This document shows positions 1-12,295 of a DNA stretch of 64,000 nucleotides, in pieces. The stretch's first letter is position 1; every line of letters starts with the position of its first letter. Under the pieces are notes generated by a model. The model searched no databases. It had not been told where the DNA came from and saw only the letters and a program-made list of their open reading frames with translations. The translations under genes were made by a program, and so were the position numbers. The DNA is from Oopsacas minuta (taxonomy: Eukaryota > Animalia > Porifera). The stretch is from the NCBI GenBank assembly GCA_024704765.1, contig JAKMXF010000166.1, positions 708,743 through 772,742 of the forward strand. Direction: 5' to 3'.

Positions 1-1110
1 ACACTAAATTTTCTATAAAATAAGCATTCCTGATTCTCTGATGAAAATCTGACAAAATGTCTGTAACTTTTGCTTTGAAACTGTTTTCACACGATAAACA
101 TTGCCTATACCTTCTGACCAATTTGATGCATGACTCTACATTTCTTCAGATACACATTTCATCCCACACCAAGATTTACTTTCGCGTATCAATTCTTCTG
201 CATGGGCCAAAGGTTTATGAGTGTTGGAGTAATGCTGGCCCATGAACGCGTACAGAATGAAAATATAGGTTTCTCTGCACACGTTCCTAATTTTTCTGTA
301 TTTACTCTGCACCCTGAAGTATATGTTCGTAGAATTTATGCTAACTGTGCGTGTACTTTCTTAAGTGCATTTCTATGCTAGTCATCAATTACAATTAAAA
401 GTGTCAATAAATTTGAATTAATTTGAGAATACTTGTCTTGCAACATTCCAGTTGACGTCATATTACCCCTTGAGTCTGGCTGCTTAACCTTCAACCCAGT
501 ATGTTACAGAACCAATTGTTCTGGCCATCACTTAGAAGTTTTTATTTCTGCTGATGTTGGATACCATTTAGCTAGTATGGATTCTAAGTGGTAGACCAGT
601 AAATTGAACCACTTCAAAAATATGTGTATATGTGGAGGGGAGAAGCAGAATGAATGTCAATGTTGATATCAGCTGATGCGTCAAGTTGAAGCGTAGATTT
701 GATGGAAGAGCCAAAATGGCCTCAATATCTTCAAATTCGCCAAACATCTCGATTGCATCATTTATATTCCTGTTCAGAGGAAACCCTTCAATAATGAGCT
801 CGCGATCCTTAATATCTGAATGTGTAGCCGTGCATATTTGGTAACTAGCTCCACCTGCGGCAGATAAATAGCTGCCTTTTACCATCAAACATAGAACGAA
901 TGATTTCTACCTTGACATGACAGTTATTCAGATTTAAACGCTCTCCCTCATGACTTGCGTGTCTGGATAGATTAGTCTATTTAGGAATGTTCTGATATTT
1001 TCCCCACATTCTCTTGCAGCACAGAGAAAAATCGGCCTTTAGGATTAGGGAGACTTCTGGAAGTCATTTTCAGATTGCACTACCTGAATTGATATTGGTT
1101 TAAAGTAAAA
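1..1110 (-). pseudogene. RAG1L: RAG1-like/Transib-superfamily transposase remnant (copy C), runs off the window start
   Basis: Minus strand gives VKVEIIRSMFDGK (second catalytic D), ICTAT..DRELIIEGFPLNRNI..RFNLTHQ (ORF 568-888), then WASITPTL, a frameshifted LAHAEELIR..VSEE and VESCIKLVRRYRQ. Homologous to copies A and B. Termini not found. Confidence 0.8.
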
Positions 1111-2599
1111 CAGTATAAAGTTTTTAGTTTCTCTATTAGTGGATACCTGATTATAAATTACGTGACTCCCTAATCCGTCTAGCCCATCCGCTATTTTGAA
1201 AGTGAGCGTGAATTCACAAGCAGAAAGGATTGAGTATTATAATAATTCGTTCAACTCTTTGATTGACAAATACTATATAGGAAGAGTATATAGTTTGTAT
1301 TCTTTGCAAAATAACGATGAAATCAGTAAATTGCTTGCAATCAAATTGGACCGAGAACTATCGCTGTTCACCTAATCGCTCCTGATTCATAAATAGAGCG
1401 CGCTCCAGGTCCCGAACCTTTAATGTTTTGCATTCACCGGTTAGCTAACTTCATTTCTATGTCTATTACGATTCGAAAGTAAATTAAATAATTGTGTGTT
1501 AGAAAGGGAAAAATTGTGCAAAAAGGTTAATAACAAATGTATCTATAGTATATAAACGAGGTGTTTATGGTCATGTATGTATGTGTTCCCAAGGTTGAAT
1601 GAAGAACTGTTGAGAGCATTTGTAGGATAGCGAAAGGATCGTCTAACGACGCACCCCTCGGGAAACAGAATAGTACGTGTTAAGCCGAGTACGTCTTATC
1701 AGAGCCCTACTGTAGTTGTAGACATTCAAAAGTTACAAAAACTTTAACGGTTCATTAATATATACAACTAACAAATATAGGTGGAAAATGCAATCCCTAT
1801 CCGACGTTTGTAAATTGTGCACTATTTTTGCAATATAGAATAGTCATCAAAATTGTTGTCCTAAATATACACCTTATCAAATATTTAGGCCACATTATGA
1901 TGCCCTTCAAGCACAAATCATTCTACTATATGGTAATGCCCAATATAAATTTCCCTCTTGGTCGTCAATACTAGAGAGTCTAAAAAATGTTTGTACACCA
2001 TGATACTCTTAATTTTTAGTATCAACTGTTTGAATATAGCAAACGAGTCCAATTAATCATTAAATATAACTTGAAACAATGTATTTTTGAGATATAATAG
2101 TTCCTAAAGTAAGTAAGTATTATCCATTGCTTTAAGTAATGAAAAACGAATATTCTAAAAATTTGTATAGTTAAAATTGCTGTAATCCTATTTCCTTTGT
2201 GGAATATATGCTATCATCATTATTCTCCTACTAAATCGACAATAGAAAATCAGAAATCATACTTTGATTCGTATTTGGAATTTGCTTAATATTCCATAAT
2301 GGCATTCTGTGCAATAAGAGAACCCGGGCAATTAGTGAGCACTCGCTGTAAATAATAGATCCTTGACTCTTACAAGCGAATGAAGTATATGGTATGATCA
2401 ACATATGGACTACAACTGTATTTAGGTATTTTGGGCAATTATATTTGTTATGTGTGAAGAGTTTAATTAATCGGAATTTCCTTTTAAGTCCAAATAAAAT
2501 TACAATTTCTCCAACATAGTTACATGACGAAGAGACAGACAAGGTATTTACTGAAGCCTTTTCTGTCTTTGTAAAAGCCTAAAAGGCGAAATGAAATGA

Positions 2600-2783
2600 G
2601 TAACAAAATTGAGTCAGGATATTAGTCTTATACCGCGGCTGGAACCAAGCTATTTTGAAGTTGACAACTACTATATTGTAATCTAAGAACTTCTGGACTA
2701 TCGTGCGACTGGCAATATGACATGTCATAGATTTTACCTGGAACTTGTTGTGAAATGGTGCTAACGCTATACCTAACAGGTAA
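2600..2783. repeat. Unclassified dispersed repeat, paralogous to 21525-21660
   Basis: Shared block GCTGGAACCAAGCTATTTTG..TGACAACTA..ATATTGTA..CTAAGAACT.CTGGAC.ATCGTGC at both loci. Confidence 0.7.
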
Positions 2784-3299
2784 ATAACCAAATATAATTA
2801 ACCTCAGAATATCAGACTTGAGTTATTCTCGATAGACAAGTCTTAGATAGGTCTTGAGAACTTCCACAAACACATAAGGTTTTGCTAGTTCTTCCAGTTC
2901 CACAAACCTACTTGTGACATGTACAGAGGTTTCCTACCATCTCCAAGAGCTAGTTTCATCAACACATTTTCATTTTAGACCACGATTGTTGAATAATCTC
3001 AAATTCTTAGGTAGATCGTCATTAGTCTTCTCCCATTCATCATTATCTTTAACTAACTCTTTAGGTTATCAAAGAGATCCTCAATATCAGGTCCATTGCT
3101 TATCCAGATCACCCCATTGCTCGGTATAAAAACAGAATGTTTATTATTTTGGATTACAATAAATTTATATCTGTAAATACTACTCTCAATACAGAGTTAA
3201 CCCAATCCTCTGTAAGAACAATCTGATCTTTTTGGTGGTACGTCAGCACTTTTCATAGGATACGAAGATGTATCAACTAATAGTATCAATTCTGTAATA

Positions 3300-3837
3300 C
3301 AGTGGACCCTCGATTATAAGAACACCTCCGTTTGGATCTTGGAAGATGGGTGTTTGGATAAGTGAAATTGTCGGATAACCGAAATACACGTATCTCGCAT
3401 AAATTATTATACTCAAGTACACCACATGTGCATTGTAGTATAAATGTACAGTAGAGGTTTAAACGTACTCGCTTGGGAACTAAAAAGTAAGTATAACATA
3501 GTTTCTCAGTATCACTATGATTCTACATACATAGTATACGAATAAGAGCACTAATTAATCAATGCAATTTTAGTAGCATCCAGCGATAAGATTAAAATCA
3601 TATTGTGATTTGAATCAGTGTTGCTGATATGAACTATACTTATCAGTGAGTACGTCTTATCCCAGTATTATTCAATTTAATTGGTTCTTATAGGAAGAAT
3701 AATTTAGTAATTCTTATCCGATTATACATCTAATTGGAGTACGTATTAAGCGAATCATTTATAATGGATAGGAAAAATTTCGGTAATTTGAGACAGGTTT
3801 GTCTTATCCGAGGGTACGTCTCAACGGAGTTCTACTG
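3300..3837. mobile_element. pogo/Tigger-like MITE
   Basis: Ends CAGTGGACCCTCG / CAGTAGAACTCCG (reverse complement), flanked by TA on both sides, no ORF. Confidence 0.7.
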
Positions 3838-4020
3838 TAAATACATACGTGTATAATTTTTAATAATATCTGGCCACTTTAACCAATAATATATTGAGAT
3901 TAGGCAACCCAACAGACTTTAAGGTTGAACAATTATACTGATATAATCCAAAAGTTCTCATCCTTAATCTATATTTCAAAAGGTAATAGAGATAGGCTTG
4001 TTTACAGATTCCAACAAATA

Positions 4021-4750
4021 CAGGGTGTATCATATGTCTTGGCGGGTCAGTAAAATGTAAATAGAATTTTCCGTTATCGAGTATTTGTTCCAATTATTTG
4101 CCAATATAACCACCATTCCTATCCAATACAAGTTATATCCTGGCTGCATACTACAAACTAAATTTCTAGAGTATCAGGGTCTATGTCAGCCCATGCAAAT
4201 TTGACTTGTAAAATTAAGTCTTCCAGCTTAGTAGCATTTGCCATTTGTCCAACACGATCTTTCAATATTGACCAGAGGTTTCAATCGGGTGTAAATCTGG
4301 TGAGTTACCCGGCCACCCAACCTTCCTCCAAAACCGAAGAAAGTGTTCTACACACCATCTCTGTGTCAAGTTCGCAGTGTGAGGAGGGGCACTATCCTGC
4401 ATGAATAAGGAAATCAGACATGTCAGCAAGCATTGATCTCTCCAGAATAGAACTTGTATTTGCGGTTCTGTTTGTAGCATCACTACACGTCTTGGCTAAG
4501 ATATTATCTCGATAGTAGACTCCATTTATCGTTTGCTTCGGAGGAATGATGTGTAATTCTGAGAGAGCCCTGTGAGACATCATACCTCGGACTTGGATTT
4601 TTGTGGGAAATTTCATCTGAACGATAGGTTCAATGTTATTTGAATTCCGAGCCCAGATACGATCGTTTTGACGATTTGACATGGAGAATACTTGGAAAGG
4701 TGATTCATCTGACCACAACACCTTTTTTCAGGCACCAATTGTCCAATTTA
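4021..4750 (-). mobile_element. Truncated Tc1-like DD37E transposon (3' half)
   Basis: Terminus TA|CAGGGTGTATCATATGTCTTGGC resembles the TIR of 48055-49340. ORFs 4392-4721 (WSDESPF..MSHRALSELH) and 4262-4483 (QDSAPPH..WPGNSPDLHPIE) have 37 residues between D and E. Confidence 0.85.
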
Positions 4751-5351
4751 TGTGATGTATTTTTTCTCGATAAACAGCCTACACACATTGGATATTTTAT
4801 CTAATTCACCATATCTAGGTTTTTGTGGCCTTTTAATCACGTGTAAACAGAAATCTCTCTTATTAAAAATATGCAACTTTTAACCTTTTATGCTCACACA
4901 AGTAAAAATTTTAACTCAGTGCATACAATTAACCTACTCAGGACTATAAGGTGGTTGAGGAAAAGATTCAATTTCCAAACACCGGATTACATCCTTTGTC
5001 TTACCCAGACCGAGGCCTCTCTTTCGAAGATAAGGAAGGACCCCACAAAACTAAAAACCTAATTTTACCACCACAGAACTTATCATTTATTCCATTACTA
5101 ATTGTCTGTAATAATATATGCAAAATTCAGCCCCCAAAATGTTTCGAAGTTAATTTTTTGGGCTGATTTGCATACTATACTTCGTGTTGCCAGATAACGC
5201 TTCTATATTCATTACTTTAATATAATCTATCCGAAAATATTCACTATATTCACGTTCAAAACAAACTCCATACTGATATTTCAAGATCAAATGACATAAA
5301 GTATATTATCTATTGATGAATGAGTACTTACATATTCACTACCACTATATA

Positions 5352-6704
5352 CAGTGCCGGTCAAAAAGAATTGCTCAAAATGAATGTATACAGTATAGTA
5401 AATGTCAAATTGTATACACTGACCAGATAGTTGAATTCTCGCGAAACCATACTCAGCCATATGTATTTTGACAAGTAACACACCACACAGCTAATCCACT
5501 CATTATATTTGCACAACTTGCAGTTTTTATTTTGTATTCCTTTTTTTCCAATTTATCTGTTTTTATCGAATTTTCAATGCCTTCTAAACCCCGAATTTCC
5601 ATTGAAAATCGAGCCAACCTGATACTACTTTCAGAAAGTGGCCATACTCAGACAGAGGTAGCTAAAATGGTTGGGTGTAGCCAAAAAAGTGTAGCCGAGA
5701 TCCTTAAGAAACACAGGCTGACTGGCACGGTAAGAGACCTCACTATTCCGGGTAGGCCTCGTGTCACAACCAAAAGTCAAGACAATTTATTGGTCAGAAA
5801 ATGCAAAAAGGATCGATTTAAGACTGCTACTCAGATCAAAGCTGAAGTGTTATCAGAATATTCGATAAAACTTTCCACTTCAACAGTTTAGAGAAGGTTA
5901 CGAGGGGCTGGACTGTTCGGGCGAAAACCGCGAAGGAAGCCCCGCCTTACTACCAAGCACAAAAGAGACCGACTTTCCTTCGCAAGATCGCAGAAGAATT
6001 GGAATACTGAAGAATGGGCAAGAGTTGTGTTCAGTGACGAATCTAGGTTCCTTCTGTATACTAATGACGGGAGAGCCTACGTCAGGAGGATGAAAGGGGA
6101 GGAGTTCTCAGAGAGGTGTCTTCAAAAAACTTGCGAGTTTGGTGGAGGTGGCATCATGGTTTGGGGATGCTTTTGCTGGAGTGGCGTAGGACTCTTGTGG
6201 AAAGTATCTGGGAACCTCAAGACAAATTCCTGCATTGATATATTGGAAATTGCACTAATCCCAAGCGTTGATTTGCATTCTCTACATTCTGACTGGACCT
6301 TTCAGCAAGACAACGCCCCATGCCATAAGTCAAAGGGTACTAAGCAATGGTTTGGTGAGCAAAAAATAGAGGTTATGAATTGGCCTGCTCAGTCACCTGA
6401 TCTAAATCCGATTGAGAATCTCTGGGATCACATTTCCCTCAGAATTCAAGAGAAAAGCCCATCCAACCACTCAGAGTTGTGGAATGCCATATTAAGCACT
6501 TGGGATAGCATCGACATTAACAGGCTCCATACTCTAATTGAGAGTATGCCGCAAAGATGTAAAGCTGTAATTCAAGCAAGAGGAGGTACTACTAAATACT
6601 AACAACAATTTACTTGATTATAATAAAGCATTATTGTTAAAATCAGTCATAGATATAAGAATTTGGGGTATATTTATTCTGAGCAATTCTTTTTGACCGC
6701 ACTG
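5352..6704 (+). mobile_element. Full-length Tc1 transposon (DD34E)
   Basis: About 26-bp TIR CAGTGC(C)GGTCAAAAAGAATTGCTCA, TA TSD on both sides. Confidence 0.95.
5577..6602 (+). pseudogene. Tc1 transposase with one in-frame TAG (5889-5891)
   Basis: MPSKPRIS..GRPR..; FSDESRF; QQDNAPCH-34aa-WPAQSPDLNPIE. ORFs 5532-5891 and 6027-6602 share a frame. Confidence 0.93.
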
Positions 6705-7661
6705 TATCTGTTAATTTATTACTTGTAACTATTTAAATCTACACATCTACAAGATCTCAGTCTCAACAACAGAACTTCATGGCTAAATCCAAAATACCAC
6801 ACACGAAAACAGGCCTTGATTAAAGTTTAATCTTGAGAGAACAAATTATGATTGCAATGAACCTGAAAATGAAGTATTGGAAGTCTTGAAAATAGACCAA
6901 GGAAAGTGTAAAGCTATTCATTCACTTTTCAAAATATTGTTATCAACCTGAAAAAATCGAAAAAGGCTATTGAAACCCTGCATGACTAATGGTGGAGTGG
7001 GAAAATTCCTTGGAAATCACAACATAAAATACTGCGTCTTCCTGAGATTTCAGATATTTTACCTTACATTTATCCTTCCAAAATTAAATGTAAGGCTTAT
7101 CCTATCATTGACCACCAAGCAAGAGCGAGCTAATTAGAACCCTTGTTCGAACGCATTAAAATAATTGCTGCAAATGAAGGTACTTCTATCGTAATTGCAT
7201 CCCTATAATTATAATTACTGCCAATGCAGATGATATTCGCCTATTTGCTGAAGGTTCAAAATCACTCGCTTATGAAGGAAACTATAGTTACTAAGTACCG
7301 AAGGAGGTTCCGACTGACCAATGCTTGTTTGCTCTCTACTTAGAAATTGGTAGAAGAGAATACACTAAACTTCAGTCAGTTGTTGCTGCTTATTGGCATC
7401 AAGTTCTCTTCATATAAAAGAATTGCTGACTTTAGGGATTCTTTAATTTTACGATCTCCATTAAATTGTACACAGAACCCGAAAAACCGATTGGTGCATA
7501 GTGAGTCAAGTAGTGGGTTCAATTCATGGGTGGAATTTGGATTTATGGTTCAAGTTCCATTCCCATTCAGAATGGGAAGGGGAATTATGCCAATGATTCC
7601 TGTAATAAAGGGCTGAGAATGGGAATTAAGCCGTTTATTCCTGGAATTAAAGTGATGAGAA

Positions 7662-8336
7662 CAGCAGCGGATTAACCATAGTGCCAAAGGAACCTTGAAA
7701 CCCAGCCCCGACTTTAAACCGGCTTCGCGGTCTTAGCATATATGGATGAAATTTCCCTGTTTGTTAATAGGTTAGTACATTTTTAACCAAATGATATCGA
7801 AGACAGTCTCACAGACAAGCAGATCCAATTCAGTTCTTACCTAAAGTCAGAAATGGTTAATGATTAAATCCTTGAATACAGTATAGACCTATTCATGTAT
7901 CGAATGCAATCACAGCATGGTCTTTGAGAGACATTTCCAAACCTAAATATAATACTGCGCATATACTTAGGCCTTATGGTTAGCAATTGTACCGGTGAGC
8001 GATCGTTCTCCAAACTTAAGCGGATTAAAAGCCATTTGCGCTCAACATTGTTTGGAAATCGCTAAATACGTTTGCTTTGATGACAATAGAACACGATTTG
8101 CTACGAAAATTGACTGTTGAGAAAAAATTGAAGACTTTAATAATCGCAAATCTGGTAAAGTAAAGGCTTTGTCGTTTATTTTATCCATATAGTCATTAAT
8201 TGATTGTGCTTTCTTTATTAGTCGTAATTTTTCTGAATTTTATTTATGATGACTGTTTTTGAATGGATAGAGACGAAAAATAACAGCCTCACAATTCGAC
8301 TGGGCGCCCCACATCACAGGCCCTTAATCCGCCCTG
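7662..8336 (+). mobile_element. Non-autonomous hAT deletion derivative retaining the dimerization-domain 3' end
   Basis: TIR CAGCAGCGGATTAA / CAGGGCGGATTAA, perfect 8-bp TSD GATGAGAA (7654-7661 and 8337-8344). Internal frame TFPNLNIILRIYLGLMVSNCTGERSFSKLKRIKSHLRST. Confidence 0.9.
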
Positions 8337-9329
8337 GATGAGAATGGGAATTAAATGGCTGAGAATGAGAATGAAGTCCTAAAATTTGACTACAGAATGA
8401 GAATTGAAGGAATTAATTCTGAATTGAATCTATCCTTGAATTTAAACAATATTCTGGCTAGAAAGGGTGGTTGCTGGGAGCCAGAGACATTTGATAATTC
8501 ATATTAACATACGTATATGTATGCATGTATTTGTTGAAACTGGTTTGACATTGAATAGTTCACAATTTCCCGGATGCACATTGATCCCATCCAGTACCGA
8601 TTAATATCCTTAATACAAATCTAATGTAACTCTAGAAGAATGAAAGCGGCGAAATTGGATTGCACTTCATTTACAGTACCCGGATCGGGTGTACGCTCCT
8701 TTCAGTGTAGGAACGAACTTGTGGAAATGAGGGCCGCTTAATGCTCTAGTGAATGTAGAATGTAATCTAGTAATTGTTATATATTTTCATTGAACCAAAC
8801 TCCAACAAACAATTGGGATTAGATGGCCAATTCAGGATATTGGGTAGTGGACTATTTGTATTGTTGAATTATATTTTAAAGAGCCTATAGTAAGCATTTT
8901 GGAAAGACAAACCAGTAAAATCAAGGAAATGGCATATTCTATTCTAGGTTAATAGAAATTCAGCAGATCCCGATTTATTCAGTCAACCTGGGTATGCTGA
9001 TAATAGGGTCAGAAGCAGAACTATACAAATAATAGTGTTAATTGACTCGGCTTAATCGGATCAAAACGGTTTGGTCCATAGGTACACTATTAGGCTGAGT
9101 TAACTGAGTCAAAATGATTCCAAATCGATCAATATACATTGAAATTCAAGTTAATTGAACTTCAATGAGGATTGATACTGAATGTGGGAATTGTCTATGC
9201 ATACAAATTCACCAGATACATATTTGGTATAATTATTAATAAATTTATTAATTATTAATTACTAAATCAATATATTCCAAATTCAAGAACATTCGGAATT
9301 TACTCGGTCCCCCAGGCTAATACGCAATT

Positions 9330-9462
9330 GATGTTTCTCAACGTTTTCTCCCACGGACCCCTTTGGTAAATTTTATAGGGTCTTCGGGCTCCTGTCATCA
9401 AATACAATGCAAAGTTTAAGGCCACGGATCGCTAAGTCGCGGGTCCAAGTTTGATAATGATT
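9330..9462. mobile_element. Degenerate hAT-type MITE
   Basis: TGTTTCTCAACGTTTTCTCCCACGGACCCC...GCGGGTCCAAGTTTGATAA resembles MER20/Charlie-type ends. TSD not resolved. Confidence 0.4.
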
Positions 9463-10235
9463 ATATCCAAATATCCTGAAATACGCATTGATACAGCATC
9501 AAGATATGTCCGTGGACACCTATGTCGCATCCCACAGAGGAAATGCTAGTTGCTCCTCTGTAAAGGAGGTTGATATTTGGTTGCATTCTCGATATTGATT
9601 ACCACGAAAACTGAAAATTAATACGAACACCAATTGTTGGCAAAAATGTGTTCGCTTTGCCGGAGTTTTATTACCGGAGTAATACCAATTGGGTCATTCC
9701 AATAAATTCGACCAATGGTCACGCGTGAAAATCTCAGATTAACTAAATATTCTACCTAAGTTGACCCTATTTATATTTTTAGTTTCCTTCGTCACATTTG
9801 TCATATTTCTTGATTGCTGTGCCTAAATTAAGAAATGTGCTTGAGATGGAGTTCACCTCAATTTCATGTTAAAATATATGGTAAAAGTCAAATGAATTTC
9901 AAATATTTTGGAAAATGGTGCCCGGATCTCGGAGGTCCTACTGTCTTATCAGCAATACATTTAATAAAGCCAAAAGTAGCAATAGTATATTTAGATAAAA
10001 ATAAATTGCTCTACATTAATAGACTTGGAGCAATCCTTAACGAGGCATGGAATTCGAGGTCAACATGTCTACAACAACCACAAACGGTTGTTGTTGTGTG
10101 GGTACTCACCCCAAACGACCTAGCAAATGAAGCGCTACTATTATATTTATTGTATTTTATAACTGAAAAGCGCAAATTTTAGATTGAGATAAAAATATAT
10201 ATATTTTCAATATACAAGATTTATATAGATGGTAA

Positions 10236-11352
10236 TTAGTCATCGATGTTGGTTGATGGAATTGATTCACTTGTCTTAGTGATTCTTGGCCGAAAGGAAC
10301 GGGATGTCCCAGGAGCAACTGTTAAACTTGTTATATCTGTTGCGGCTTTATGATAATACTCTAGTTGCAATTCAGAGATTTCTTTCTCACAATCATTTTC
10401 GAGTGATCTTTTACGATCACTTAGCAAGTTTCGCCATAAGTTGATTTCGTTTTGATAAAGTTCATCCTTTTCATTTAATTTATCATTCTCCTGCTGTGTG
10501 AGATGCATTTTCTTCTCATTTTGTAATGAAAGTAATTCTATCATTGCAGACTCTGCAGCCTGTTTGAAATCTGTCATTTCTTTGTCAAGCTTTTTGTCAA
10601 GTTGGATACGCTCACATCTCATTTTTCGAAGTTCGTCAGCTTCAAATTGGCGGTACTTATCTCTATCATCGCGACGTGATGAACCATTGTTTTTTCTCTT
10701 GAAATCATGAAGCAATTTTCGAAGAACTACTCGTTGTTGTTTTGGCAACCGTCTTCTTTCTAATAGATGCCTTGAACGCATAATCTCTAATCTCTGGGCA
10801 TCATATTGGCGATGATGTTCGATATCTTTCTGGTGACGGATATGCATCTGATGTCGACGCATTAGAAAACTTTCTGAGAGGTGATTTTTTACCATATTAT
10901 GATTAATTTGTATCTGAGATTGCTCCATTTCCCAAACATCTGCTTCTTTAGCACGAAGGAGATTGTGTTTGGCTTTTAGAAATTCGATTTCTATCACCAT
11001 TAAATCATTTTTAAAGTTGTTTAGCATCTGAAGTGAACCCTCTTCATAGATGTCTAATTGATCCTCTTCAAATTTTGCCACCTTATCCATATTCTTCGAA
11101 TCTATTTCTCGTATCCTATTTCTTACTTCTTCCTTCACATTTCCATTAGATTGCTTCTTAAGATGTTGTTTAAACTCCCTTAAAATACCTCTGCCATCCC
11201 TTTTTAGTTCATCCTTGAAACGATGAATTTCGTTATTTTGATCTATTCTACTCTTCTTACAGAATGATTTGTATTCCGCATGTTGATTATTTAATTTTCT
11301 ATAAAACTCTTTGTGTCTTGATTTTTCTAGCCGGTCAATCTGAACAGTATAC
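10236..11352 (-). CDS. SLK: SLK/STK10-family kinase, last exon (C-terminal coiled-coil/PKK region)
   Basis: Uninterrupted ORF; NHLSESFLMRRHQMHIRHQKDIEHHRQYDAQRLEIMRSRHLLERRRLPKQQR resembles SLK QQLKDQYFMQRHQLLKRHEKE..ERARLPKIQR. Acceptor tacttttatAG|G at 11353/11352. Confidence 0.85.
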
Positions 11353-11939
11353 CTATAAAAGTACTTGTAGTAATATATATGTAGAATTATATAATAAAGC
11401 TCTTCGCTCAAAGTGTCGCAGCGATTGTTAATTTAATGATACATTGTTGGTGTTCAAGGATGAAATTTGAACTGCTACACAGGGGCGTCGATTTCTAGTA
11501 AAGAATTTTTGGGCGGGCGAGTCAGATACTTTCCCCCCAATTTTCATAATTGGAAATCTAATTTAAGCCCCATAGACGTAGCACCTGGTCGTACCTGTTT
11601 CTTACATAGCATGAGCATTATATAGATGCTGTAACCTATACCCTATGGAAGACCCCACCTTTGACCAGAACACATGTTAATCCGTGCGATGTCACTGAAT
11701 CAGGAGTCAGGCGAAGGGGCTCTGAGGGGCTTGTTACACCATATGAGGAAATTTCCGCCAAAATTCGCGAAAATACGTCACTATGTTACCAATGATGACT
11801 AAAGTATTCCGTAAATTAGTGCCATAGGGAGAATAAGCATCAGTGGATAGAAAAGGTTCAATGATTTGTCAATAAACATTCATCACCAACCTGTAGAATA
11901 ATTTCTTGATGAAATATATTAGTAGTAAGTTAGTAGTCA

Positions 11940-12295
11940 AAACATTGTGAAAATCGAGCAAACTTTCACACGGTATAATTATGCAACCAGTAGTCGTAGA
12001 GAGAAGCTATTTGGAATATGACAATGCTAGCCTAGGAGGTTTCTGTCATTATAAATTTATCTAATTCTGACACCTCTCTGGCTTAGAGGGACTTTACGAA
12101 TACGTGCAAAATTTTGCAAAACATTCAAATTTACTAAATCGAGCACACTTTGACACCAAATAATTATGTATCCAGAGTGCCTAGAGGGGTGCGATTTGGA
12201 AAATAACAATACTAGCCCAGGATGTTTCTATTAATTAAAATTTCATCCCATTCTGACACAACTATGACTTACACTGACTTTGCAAATATGTCAAT
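11940..12295. repeat. Diverged tandem dimer of an approx. 180-bp unit
   Basis: AAAACATT..AAATCGAGCA.ACTTT.ACAC..ATAATTATG.A.CCAG..TAGAG..ATTTGGAA..ACAAT.CTAGCC.AGGA.GTTTCT..ATTCTGACAC occurs twice in tandem. Confidence 0.7.

Noticed and set aside
1600-1712. pogo-like MITE end possibly truncating RAG1L copy C
   Set aside because: Only one terminus is clear; no matching left TIR with a TA was found.
7220-7250. ADDIRLF as a LINE reverse-transcriptase motif
   Set aside because: Too short, with no supporting RT motifs nearby.
10498-10710. Plus-strand ORFs opposite real coding sequence (also 18124-18474, 26244-26510, 33148-33495, 46312-46569)
   Set aside because: Antisense shadows of SLK or transposase ORFs with no independent motifs.
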